Below, piece by piece: positions 9,481 through 18,091 of a DNA stretch of 32,378 nt. The position numbers and the translations under genes were made by a program. The notes beneath the pieces are model-generated. The model searched no databases, had not been told where the DNA came from, and saw only the letters and a program-made list of their open reading frames with translations. Every line of letters starts with the position of its first letter. Positions within the stretch are counted from its first letter, which is position 1. The DNA is from Myxococcota bacterium (GTDB lineage: Bacteria; Myxococcota; UBA4151), in contig JBDQPD010000037.1 in NCBI GenBank assembly GCA_040260805.1, positions 1 through 32,378 on the forward strand. The letters are read 5' to 3'.

Positions 9481-10544
9481 AGTGGTTGAGTGTATCACTG
9501 CTCGTGCTGACTTCTTGCACAACCTACGAGCTTGAGTCGGAGCGACAGATCTACCGCCCTCGCGTGCTGGCGATGCGCATGGATCCGCCTGAGGCTCGGA
9601 TCGGAGACCAGGTGCGTGTCACCCCTTTGGTCGCCTTGCCTATAGGATTTAGCGGGGTCATCGATTCAACCTGGCTCGATTGCGAGCAAAGCGAAAATAC
9701 CAGCGATGGCGACGGGGAGACGCGCGACTGGTGCCGAGACCGCAGCAAAGAGTTTATCCTGAGCACTGCCGATGAGTTGGTCTACACGGTCCCCGATACG
9801 CTGCCCAAAGACCAGGTCGAACAGTTTAGTTTCGTCGCCGGGTTTTGGAAGCGACTGACCCTTGAAATCAAAGACCGCATTGGCGGTGACCAAGACCGCG
9901 CCTTTAAGCGCTTGGTGGTTCAGCCTGCTGCGAATCCACTGGATCCGCAGGCCGATGCTCGCTTTGAGATGATGCGAAACCGCAACCCTAATTTGCCGCC
10001 GCTTGAGGTCTTTACGCTCGATGATCAAGACGCGTTGACCCCGGTCGCACAGGACGCCGCGTTGCAAGCGAACACCGATTACTTGTTTCGTTTGGATATC
10101 GACAAAGCCCAGCGCCAAGACTTCCAGTCTTTTCGGATTGATTTTACCGGTATTGACCCGAGCGCAGTCCAAGATTTGACCCAGGAGGAGATCGAGCAAC
10201 GTATTCGGGTTGAGAACCGGCGCGAGCTCTTGAGGCTCCGCCTGTATCGAACCGATGGTCGCTACGGTCGGGACCAAAAGCCGGTCAGAACCTTCGCTTC
10301 GACCGAAGAAGACCCTGAGTATTATCCAGCTGAGGTGACGTGGGCGCTCAACACCGAAGGGCGCACTGAGGCGGTCCCACCGAAGGTTCGGCTGTGGTTT
10401 ATTATCATCGACGGGCGAGGCGGTATGGACTGGGTTGTTGTCGAGCGAACGTTCGAGAAGGGCGTCGCTGCGGAGCGAAATTTCGAAGCAGGCATCAAGA
10501 GCCCGCCTGACCTTCGAGAGACGCCTGACGGCGAACAAGACTGA
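9474..10544 (+). CDS. Hypothetical lipoprotein coupled to the TonB-dependent receptor
   Basis: MVKWLSVSLLVLTS-C lipobox; RVLAMRMDPPE near the N-terminus and LWFIIIDGRGGMDW near the C-terminus; start overlaps the receptor stop. Confidence 0.75.
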   Translation: MVKWLSVSLLVLTSCTTYELESERQIYRPRVLAMRMDPPEARIGDQVRVTPLVALPIGFSGVIDSTWLDCEQSENTSDGDGETRDWCRDRSKEFILSTADELVYTVPDTLPKDQVEQFSFVAGFWKRLTLEIKDRIGGDQDRAFKRLVVQPAANPLDPQADARFEMMRNRNPNLPPLEVFTLDDQDALTPVAQDAALQANTDYLFRLDIDKAQRQDFQSFRIDFTGIDPSAVQDLTQEEIEQRIRVENRRELLRLRLYRTDGRYGRDQKPVRTFASTEEDPEYYPAEVTWALNTEGRTEAVPPKVRLWFIIIDGRGGMDWVVVERTFEKGVAAERNFEAGIKSPPDLRETPDGEQD

Positions 10545-10545
10545 C

Positions 10546-11307
10546 ATGAACGATCGAGCGCTCAAGCTTCGTGAGCTCGGCGAAGGCTCGCCTTTGCTCT
10601 GTCTTAACGGGCTCACTCAAACGACTGCGAATTGGACCAGCTCTGGGCGCGCTTTAGCTGCGCTTGGTCATCGGGTTTTACTGACCGACTTGCCTGGGCA
10701 GGCGGGCACGGAGCCGCTGCCGAGTGGGACCCCTCAAGCTCAAGCCGATGTGGTCTGGAGATGGCTGGATTCCATTGGGGTAGAAGACCTTGATCTGTGC
10801 GGGTTTTCGTACGGCGGTCGAGTGGCTCTGCAGATGGCAGCGAGTCAACCTGGTCGGGTCAAAAGGCTGGTGCTCACCTCGACGAGTTTGGGTGCTGGAA
10901 CGGTCGCTAGGCTGGTTGTTGAGGGTTGGCTTGAGGCGATCGACAGAGGCGGCCTTGAGGCGCTCGGGTGGGCTGCGATGCCTTGGATTATCGGCGATGG
11001 CTTACTCAAAGGCGTTGAGCCTAAACAGATGGTTCTTGCGACCGTTCGTCGCAACAGCGCGCAGGGTATCCGTAGCTTGATCGAAGGTATCTTGAACGAC
11101 CAAGCCCCTGACCTCGCATCGATTGAAGCCCCTACGCTGGTGATCGCAGGCGCAGAGGATCGTTTTGCCTTAGCTGTTGAGCAAGAAAGAAACGCTCAAC
11201 GTTTGCGCCTTGGGAGCTTTCATTCCTTCCCGGGTTTAGGTCACGCCGTGCCCGTAGAAGACCCGCAGGGTTTTTCCGAGGTGGTCAGCCGCTTCCTACG
11301 TGCGTAG
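10546..11307 (+). CDS. Alpha/beta fold hydrolase (PcaD/enol-lactonase-like)
   Basis: DLPGQA, nucleophile elbow GFSYGG, PTLVIAGAED acid, GHAVPVE histidine; start at ATG 10546, 1 bp after the upstream stop. Confidence 0.88.
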   Translation: MNDRALKLRELGEGSPLLCLNGLTQTTANWTSSGRALAALGHRVLLTDLPGQAGTEPLPSGTPQAQADVVWRWLDSIGVEDLDLCGFSYGGRVALQMAASQPGRVKRLVLTSTSLGAGTVARLVVEGWLEAIDRGGLEALGWAAMPWIIGDGLLKGVEPKQMVLATVRRNSAQGIRSLIEGILNDQAPDLASIEAPTLVIAGAEDRFALAVEQERNAQRLRLGSFHSFPGLGHAVPVEDPQGFSEVVSRFLRA

Positions 11308-11316
11308 TCTGCGACC

Positions 11317-12204
11317 ATGATAGACGCTGAGGTTTTCTTTGCCGCACCGTTTCGGTTGCCCGATCCAGGTGAACTGGGCTCCGCGGTCGTGGTTCTCGAT
11401 ATTGGCTTTTGCGCCGACCAAGGTGGGCGCAGCTACGAGTCCGTAACCGAGCCCTTTATTGTGGGGTTAGGCGAGCGTCTTAAGCTTTGGATTGATCACC
11501 ATACACACCAGCGTCACGTGGATTTTGTCGATGATCCTCGTTTTGTTTTGATGCCTCGTGAAGATCACCCTGCATGTCCCGAGTTGGTGACGCCGGAGCG
11601 CGTAGAGCAGGCTGGCGTCGTCGATACGATCGTATGTCATTCCGATTTCGATGGCATCGCCTCTGCCGCTAAATTTCTGCGGGGCGGACAGGAGCCTTAC
11701 CTCGGGTGTGATGCTGATGCGCGCGCTATTGATTCGCTCGTGGGGCTGGCGAGCCGGCGCGCTCAGCGCCTGGCATCTGCATTGGCGATTCGACATGATG
11801 AGCCGATGCTGAGGATGGTCTTGAGCAGCCTGGTTCGAAGCATAGAGCCGCCAGCGGTGGCTTCAGCGATCGATGAAGCGGCGGCTAAGTTTGCTCAGCG
11901 CTTGGAGCGGACCAAGAAGGCTGTGGCTGAAGGCGAGCGATTAGGCGCAGCGTGGATGGTCGACGTTCGTCGCTCCAAAAGAAAAATAGATCGCACCCAA
12001 GCCTTGTTGCTCGCCCAAGAGCGCGCTCTTTATGGCTTATTTTTGGGTCAAGATGGTCGCTTGAGTCTGGCGACACCGATGCAAAACCCTGTCGATTTGA
12101 CCGAGGCTTTCGCGATGCGCGGGGGTATGCGAAACCGGATCACGCTGCCCTTAGAGCGCTTGCCTGAGGTCTTAGCGTTTTTAGAGCTTCAGCCCGCAAC
12201 TTGA
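11317..12204 (+). CDS. DHH-family phosphoesterase-like protein with atypical motif order
   Basis: VVVLDIGF, WIDHH, IVCHSDFDGIASAA and DARAID motifs. Confidence 0.7.
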   Translation: MIDAEVFFAAPFRLPDPGELGSAVVVLDIGFCADQGGRSYESVTEPFIVGLGERLKLWIDHHTHQRHVDFVDDPRFVLMPREDHPACPELVTPERVEQAGVVDTIVCHSDFDGIASAAKFLRGGQEPYLGCDADARAIDSLVGLASRRAQRLASALAIRHDEPMLRMVLSSLVRSIEPPAVASAIDEAAAKFAQRLERTKKAVAEGERLGAAWMVDVRRSKRKIDRTQALLLAQERALYGLFLGQDGRLSLATPMQNPVDLTEAFAMRGGMRNRITLPLERLPEVLAFLELQPAT

Positions 12205-12298
12205 GGGCTCAGGGTAAAGAAAAATAAGTAATTCTGACCAGAGCCTGGAAACTTGTCAGCGCCTGTGACGATAATAGCTCTGAACAGGAGGAGCGTTT

Positions 12299-12832
12299 AT
12301 GCCCAATCGGATTGGTAATAAGCCTCAGACTTTCGATCGTCTCTTTGATCGTATGGATCGAAACGCCGACGGTGAAGTCAGCAAGAAAGAGGTCAAAAAG
12401 CACCTCAAAGACACCAAGGTTCCCAAAGGAATGTTTGGTGTAATTCACTCGAAGGCCTCGGACGGCTTTATCGATAACCTTGATAAAGACGGCAGCGGCT
12501 CGGTGAATTGGAATGAGTTCAAAGGCGTCGCCAAAGACATGCTGCCAGCCGACATCAAGGACGTTGATGGGCGCATTGACCCAGCATTGGCTGACCAGAC
12601 CTTCAGCGATCTTGACGCGAATAAAGATGGAGCCGTGAGCGGTAAAGAGCTTGAAACTGGGACTTATGATCGCCTGCCTGAGGGACAAGCGTTCCGAGGA
12701 ACCTTGGCTGAGGTCGCCGCAAAGCTGGGTATGGATGCCCTGGACACCGATCGTAACGGTGGAATCGCACGTGAAGAGTTCGACGAGGCGGTCCAGCATG
12801 CCAGCGCCTTAGCTACGAGCGAGGACGACTAA
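12299..12832 (+). CDS. EF-hand calcium-binding protein (four loops)
   Basis: DRNADGEVSKKE, DKDGSGSVNWNE, DANKDGAVSGKE, DTDRNGGIAREE; strong AGGAGG RBS. Confidence 0.9.
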   Translation: MPNRIGNKPQTFDRLFDRMDRNADGEVSKKEVKKHLKDTKVPKGMFGVIHSKASDGFIDNLDKDGSGSVNWNEFKGVAKDMLPADIKDVDGRIDPALADQTFSDLDANKDGAVSGKELETGTYDRLPEGQAFRGTLAEVAAKLGMDALDTDRNGGIAREEFDEAVQHASALATSEDD

Positions 12833-12898
12833 GAGTCTCTCACCGACTAGAAGCCTTCGAATTTTTGAGCTAGGGCGACTTCAGACAAGGAGTTGCCC

Positions 12899-13357
12899 AT
12901 GATTCCAGCTCAGCTCATCCAATCGATGCCGACCGAATTTTTTGGACAGGTTTTGTCCGCTTGCCCTCGGCGTTCTCGTGAAACCTTGTTCACGCGATTT
13001 TCGATCCCAAAGCCCAGGAAAACTGCTTCGGCTCTTTTGCCGAGCAAAGACCCGGCGCGTATCGGAAAGCTGCAGGTCGCCATGGCGGCGGTTTCTGATG
13101 ATGATGAACAAGGACAGCAACTCGCAGAAGAGTTGTTGCGCGTCTATCTGATGGGTAAGCGCGAGCTGCTCGGCGCAGCGCTTGATGCCATTGAGGTGGA
13201 TCATGAAGAGGGTCTGACCGATGATGACCTCGACGGTTTCGCTGAGCTCAGCAGTGACGAAGCTGCCGAGCTTGCCGAGGAGTTAAGTCGAGATCATGAT
13301 CCACTCGATGTCTCGCTGTATTTGCGCTTTATGGGCGCTGAACTTGGCGCCAAATAG
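12899..13357 (+). CDS. Hypothetical helical protein with acidic C-terminal half
   Basis: AAGGAG RBS at 12887-12892 before ATG 12899; fills the gap between the EF-hand gene and mpl; no recognisable catalytic motif. Confidence 0.7.
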   Translation: MIPAQLIQSMPTEFFGQVLSACPRRSRETLFTRFSIPKPRKTASALLPSKDPARIGKLQVAMAAVSDDDEQGQQLAEELLRVYLMGKRELLGAALDAIEVDHEEGLTDDDLDGFAELSSDEAAELAEELSRDHDPLDVSLYLRFMGAELGAK

Positions 13358-13472
13358 TCGGTTTTCGTCAGCATTTTAGTCGCCTAAAATGATCCGAATA
13401 GGCGCTAATTCTGCAAAATCATAAAAACCCTACTCAACCGGGCCGATCTGCCTAGGTGGAAGAGGGGTATCT

Positions 13473-14918
13473 ATGACCAAAGCGATCGATACGACTGACC
13501 TGCCCGATCTGAGCGGCGTGCGGTCCATCCATATTTTAGGGATCTGTGGAACCGCCATGGGGACCTTCGCAGGGATGTTGGTTGCCAAAGGCTTTGAGGT
13601 CACCGGCTCTGATGCCGGGGTGTACCCACCCATGTCGACTCAGCTTGAGGCGCTCGGGATCGAGCTGATGGAAGGTTATAAGGCTGAGAATGTAGCTCAC
13701 CAGCCTGACCTTGTGATCATCGGTAACGTGATCCGGCGAGACAATCCCGAGGCTCAAGCCGTTCGGTCGTTAGGTTTGATCCACACCAGCTTTCCACGAG
13801 CGCTCGGCGCACTCTTTCTTGAGGGTAAACACTCCGTGGTCCTCGCCGGAACTCACGGCAAGACGACCACCACATCGATGGTCGCCCACCTGCTTCATTT
13901 TGCGGGTTTAGATCCGACCTTCTTGGTCGGCGGGATTCCGCTCAATTTCGGTCAGAGCTTTCGCGTCGGGCAAGGTGAGCACGTCGTCTTAGAGGGCGAT
14001 GAATACGACACCGCCTATTTTGATAAGGTGCCCAAGTTTAAGCACTACCAACCGCGCACCGCCGTCTTGACCAGCGTCGAGTTCGACCACGCCGACATCT
14101 ATGACGACCTCGGTCAGGTTGAAGAGGCGTTCGATCTGCTCGCTGAGCGCGTCGCTGAGCGCAAAGGGACCCTGCTTCCTTGTGCGACCGATCCAGGCGC
14201 TATGGCGGCAGCAGAGCGTGCCCCTTCAGGCTTAGAGGTCAGGGCCTATGGTGGGTATCCGGGTCCCGAGCTGCGCAGCTTGAAACCTGCTGATGACGGC
14301 TATCATCTGAGCCTTTGGCAGGGTCACGAGCCGATCGGTGACTTGGTGATCCCTGTGTATGGTCGTCACAACGTCGCGAATGCGCTCGCTGCTTATGAGG
14401 TCGGTCGTAACTTAGGTATCGACCACGGCACCTTGGCTGAGGGCTTGAGAACTTTTGCTGGCGTGAAGAGGCGCATGGAGCTGCGCGGACAGCCCAAAGA
14501 TATCGCCATATTTGATGACTTTGCCCATCACCCAACGGCGGTCGCCACGACGCTCGCTGGCGTGCGCGAGCGGCATCCGGACCAGCGCATCCTTGCGGTC
14601 TTTGAGCCCCGCTCTGCGACCAGCTGTAGAAAGATTTTTCAGCAACCTTATACCGAAGCCTTTGATCATGCGGACCGAATCTGGATCGCTGCCAACGCTC
14701 GCGCCGCGGAGCTTCCGGAGGATCAGCGATTTTTACCTGAAGACCTGGTTGAGGGTTTGCGGGACCGCGGGCTAGACGCTTTGTTTGGCGCTGATGTCCA
14801 AAGTATTGTTGGTCAGGTCACCCAAAGCGCTCAGCCGGGTGATCTCATTGTGGTGATGTCAAACGGCGCATTTGGCGCCATTCATGAGCGCCTGATCGAA
14901 GCGATTAGCAACCGATAG
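13473..14918 (+). CDS. mpl: UDP-N-acetylmuramate:L-Ala-gamma-D-Glu-mDAP ligase (murein peptide ligase)
   Basis: IHILGICGTAMG, GSD.GVYPPMSTQL, AGTHGKTTT, EGDEYDTAYFDKVPKF, EFDHADIY, DDFAHHPTA, FEPRS, MSNGAFG. Confidence 0.93.
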   Translation: MTKAIDTTDLPDLSGVRSIHILGICGTAMGTFAGMLVAKGFEVTGSDAGVYPPMSTQLEALGIELMEGYKAENVAHQPDLVIIGNVIRRDNPEAQAVRSLGLIHTSFPRALGALFLEGKHSVVLAGTHGKTTTTSMVAHLLHFAGLDPTFLVGGIPLNFGQSFRVGQGEHVVLEGDEYDTAYFDKVPKFKHYQPRTAVLTSVEFDHADIYDDLGQVEEAFDLLAERVAERKGTLLPCATDPGAMAAAERAPSGLEVRAYGGYPGPELRSLKPADDGYHLSLWQGHEPIGDLVIPVYGRHNVANALAAYEVGRNLGIDHGTLAEGLRTFAGVKRRMELRGQPKDIAIFDDFAHHPTAVATTLAGVRERHPDQRILAVFEPRSATSCRKIFQQPYTEAFDHADRIWIAANARAAELPEDQRFLPEDLVEGLRDRGLDALFGADVQSIVGQVTQSAQPGDLIVVMSNGAFGAIHERLIEAISNR

Positions 14919-14920
14919 GC

Positions 14921-16120
14921 TCATCGCTCGATGATCATCGCCAAACCTTGACCCACGCCGACACATAAGGTCGCAAGCCCCCGCTGGACGTTGCGATCTT
15001 CCATGGCGTGAAGCAGGGTGGTCAGCACTCGAGCTCCAGAGCAGCCCAAGGGGTGCCCAAGGGCGATCGCGCCGCCGCGTACATTGACTCGAGAGGCGTC
15101 AAGTCCGAGCGCTCGGATGCAGGCAAGGCTTTGAGCCGCAAAGGCCTCATTGAGCTCTACCAGGTCGATCTGATCAACGCTCAGCCCGGCGCGCTTGAGC
15201 GCCAGCTCCGACGCCGTCACTGGCCCGATGCCCATACGCGTCGGGTCAACGCCTGAGCTTCCGACACTTCGGATGGTTGCGCGAATGGTCAGACCGTGTC
15301 GCTCGGCGTAGCTTCGACTGCAGATCAAAACAGCTGCAGCCCCATCATTGAGCGTCGACGAGTTGCCTGCGGTCACGCTGCCCCCTGAGCGAAAGACCGC
15401 CCTGAGTTTTGCCAGGGACTCAAGGCTCGACCCGCGTCGCGGCCCCTCATCTGTATCCACCACCTCGTCGTGTTTTCGGTGCTGCACGGTGATCGGAACG
15501 ATCTCGCGTACAAATTCGCCAGCGTCGATCGCAGCGAGCGCTTTGGTTTGTGACTCGAGCGCGTAAAGGTCTTGGTCGGCTCGGCTGATCTGGTGGTCAT
15601 CAGCGAGGTTCTCGGCGGTACAGCCCATCGCCTCTAAGGGGAAAATAGCTTCAAGGTTTGGGTTCTTAAAGCGCCACCCTAGGGTGGTATCTTGTGCCTC
15701 TAAACCGCCCACGGGATAGGCTTTGTTCGCCTTACCTAAGACGTAGGGCGCGCGGCTCATGCTTTCGACTCCGCCAGCGAGGACGCAGTCGGCTTCGCCT
15801 AGTGCAATTTGTCGGTAGCCTTGAACGACGGCTTCTAAACCTGACGCACACAAGCGATTCACCGTTACGCCAGGAAGCGTTTGCGGCAATCCGGCCAGCA
15901 GGGTCGCCATGCGCGCGACGTTGCGATTATCTTCGCCCGCCTGATTGGCAGCGCCAGCGTACACCTGCCCGATCGTTTCGGCGTCGATACCGCTGCGAGT
16001 CACTACTGTTTTGAACAGTTGGGCGAGCAGATCATCAGGCCGAACTGCGGCGAGCTTTCCGCCAAGTCGACCAATGGGTGAGCGAAGGGCCTCGACGAGA
16101 ACCACATCCTGATGTTGCAT
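14921..16120 (-). CDS. Acetyl-CoA C-acyltransferase (thiolase, PcaF/PaaJ-like)
   Basis: [13 protein letters not shown], catalytic [40 protein letters not shown]; start reassigned to ATG 16120. Confidence 0.93.
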   Translation of the reverse strand: MQHQDVVLVEALRSPIGRLGGKLAAVRPDDLLAQLFKTVVTRSGIDAETIGQVYAGAANQAGEDNRNVARMATLLAGLPQTLPGVTVNRLCASGLEAVVQGYRQIALGEADCVLAGGVESMSRAPYVLGKANKAYPVGGLEAQDTTLGWRFKNPNLEAIFPLEAMGCTAENLADDHQISRADQDLYALESQTKALAAIDAGEFVREIVPITVQHRKHDEVVDTDEGPRRGSSLESLAKLRAVFRSGGSVTAGNSSTLNDGAAAVLICSRSYAERHGLTIRATIRSVGSSGVDPTRMGIGPVTASELALKRAGLSVDQIDLVELNEAFAAQSLACIRALGLDASRVNVRGGAIALGHPLGCSGARVLTTLLHAMEDRNVQRGLATLCVGVGQGLAMIIER

Positions 16121-16151
16121 AGATAAGCTCCAAAGGGTGCTGACGAGGTCC

Positions 16152-17492
16152 ATGATCGAAAACGAAGCATCGAACAAGACCGTCTTCATTGTTGTGGCTG
16201 ATGGCGCCGCACGTGAGGCGCTGATGCTGGCCTACGGCGAGGCTGGGTTTGAGGTCTGCGTTGCGACGACGATGACCGATGCACGTCGTTTGATTGATCA
16301 GGACTATGCAGCGATCATCGCCGATGCTGAGCTGTCCGATGGCGAAGGCATCGAGTTGTTGGCTAGGGCGAGTCATTTACCCGTCTACTTCCGCTGCGAC
16401 TCGACCGAGCAGCGCATGCGGCTTAGCAGCGCCGGAGCTGCCGGGTTCATCCGTGAAGATCAACCGCTGCCCTTAATTCGTTTGGCGCAAGCAGAGCTTC
16501 CGAGTGATCTAGGGCTGACCGGTAGCTCTGAGCTGATGAAAGACCTCCGAGAGCGCCTGCGCTTGCTTGCACAAAGCGATGGCCGGGTGTTGGTGGTCGG
16601 CGCTACCGGTGTGGGTAAAGAGCGCGTGGTCAAGGCGCTCCACGGCTTAGGAAGACGGCGTCATGCGCCGCTTATTACCGTCAACGCTGCGGCGGTCCCT
16701 GAGTCGTTGATCGATTCAGAGCTTTTTGGACATGTTGAGGGTGCTTTTACCGACGCAACCAAGGACCGGGTGGGTCGCTTTGTCGAGGCCGATGGCGGTG
16801 TTTTAGTTCTCGATCAGGTCGGTGATTTGCCCTTGGCGCAGCAGGCCCGTCTGCTCCGGGTCCTTGAGACGGGGCAGGTGTTACCGCTGGGCGGTCCAGC
16901 CGTTCAAGTTGATGTGCGGATCGTAGCGACCAACCATGAGCCGCTCGAGGACGCGGTCGAGCGAGGGGAGTTTCGCGCCGATTTGTTTCACCGCCTTGCG
17001 GTGCATCGTTTGTCGGTTCCATCCCTCGAGCAGCGTTTATCCGACTTGCCTGAGCTCATCGCTGATCTGGTTCCAGCATTTGCCGGCGACCGCCAACTCG
17101 CCGACCGGCTCAAGCTTGAAGACTGGCCTGGAAACATCCGCCAGCTCGCCCACTTTTTGGAGCGAATTACCTTGTTGCGTCGTCAGGGTGAGGACCTGTT
17201 GCCGCTGGTCGCACAAGAGCTGACTCGTCGCTCCGGTGCTTCGGCTGGAGGGCCGTGGCTGCGCCTGCCCTTATCGGAGCTGGTGCTGCAGCGCGTCAAA
17301 GCGAGCCTCCCCGAGGGTGAAGATTTACCCGAGGGTCTTTATCACGAGGTGCTCGCTGAGATGGAGCGTGGTTTGTTCACGCTGGTGCTTGAACGGGTAG
17401 GAGGTAAGCAATTGCGTGCGGCAAAGCACTTGGGCCTAAACCGCAACACCTTACACAAAAAGCTCAAGGCTTTGGGTATGCTCAAGCGATGA
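16152..17492 (+). CDS. NtrC-like sigma54-interaction regulator (degenerate receiver + AAA+ + Fis HTH)
   Basis: Walker A GATGVGKE, SELFGHVEGAFTDA, Walker B LVLDQV, FRADLFHRL, WPGNIRQL, HTH AAKHLGLNRNTLHKKL. Confidence 0.9.
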   Translation: MIENEASNKTVFIVVADGAAREALMLAYGEAGFEVCVATTMTDARRLIDQDYAAIIADAELSDGEGIELLARASHLPVYFRCDSTEQRMRLSSAGAAGFIREDQPLPLIRLAQAELPSDLGLTGSSELMKDLRERLRLLAQSDGRVLVVGATGVGKERVVKALHGLGRRRHAPLITVNAAAVPESLIDSELFGHVEGAFTDATKDRVGRFVEADGGVLVLDQVGDLPLAQQARLLRVLETGQVLPLGGPAVQVDVRIVATNHEPLEDAVERGEFRADLFHRLAVHRLSVPSLEQRLSDLPELIADLVPAFAGDRQLADRLKLEDWPGNIRQLAHFLERITLLRRQGEDLLPLVAQELTRRSGASAGGPWLRLPLSELVLQRVKASLPEGEDLPEGLYHEVLAEMERGLFTLVLERVGGKQLRAAKHLGLNRNTLHKKLKALGMLKR

Positions 17493-18091
17493 ACAAAGGG
17501 ATTTATCTGATTTGGGATTTGCCCACAGCTCAAGCCGTTGACCCGAAGTCGTTCTTTGCTGCGCTTGAAGGGAGTTATCCCTGCGCGGTGCAACTTCGAG
17601 CCAAAGGCTCAAGGTCGGTGCCGATCCAGATCAGTGCGCTTGCGCAGGTCTGTAGGCAGCATGGTGTTCCTTTCTTCGTTAATGATTTTGAGGCGTGGGT
17701 CGTCGACGGGGTTGATGGCTTGCACTTAGGGCAAAATGACGGCCTGTCGCCCGCTAAAGAGGGCTTGGAGATAGGGCGCTCCACTCACGATTTAGACCAA
17801 GTACGACAGGCGGCTGGTGACCCGCTCATCACCTGCCTAGGTTTTGGTCCAGTGCGCAGCACGAACAGCAAAGTTGGCGCGCTGAGCCCGCGCGGGATGC
17901 ACGCTTTGACCCAGGCGGTCGAGCACGCTCAAGGTAAGCCGGTGATCGCCATCGGTGGGTTGGGATTAGAAGACCTTGAGGCGGTGCATCGGTCCGGCGC
18001 GCACGCGGCGGCGGTGATCAGCGCGGTCTGGGCTCAATCTGACCCCGCCGAGGCGCTCAAGAGACTCGTTCAGCGATGGGCTCAGTTATGA
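17489..18091 (+). CDS. thiE: Thiamine-phosphate synthase
   Basis: VQLRAK, FVND, DGLHLGQND, IGRSTH, GFGPV.ST.SK, PVIAIGG, AAVISAV; ATGA overlap with the upstream gene. Confidence 0.9.
   Translation: MNKGIYLIWDLPTAQAVDPKSFFAALEGSYPCAVQLRAKGSRSVPIQISALAQVCRQHGVPFFVNDFEAWVVDGVDGLHLGQNDGLSPAKEGLEIGRSTHDLDQVRQAAGDPLITCLGFGPVRSTNSKVGALSPRGMHALTQAVEHAQGKPVIAIGGLGLEDLEAVHRSGAHAAAVISAVWAQSDPAEALKRLVQRWAQL

Noticed and set aside
9666..10616. 316-aa antisense ORF, and similar shadow ORFs such as 1568-2368, 7460-8203, 12209-12799 and those within uvrA
   Set aside because: They lie opposite or out of frame to well-supported genes, lack motifs and RBSs, and are expected in GC-rich DNA.
17300..17489. TPP riboswitch for thiE-thiD
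   Set aside because: thiE overlaps the upstream CDS, leaving no leader, and no TPP aptamer consensus is visible.
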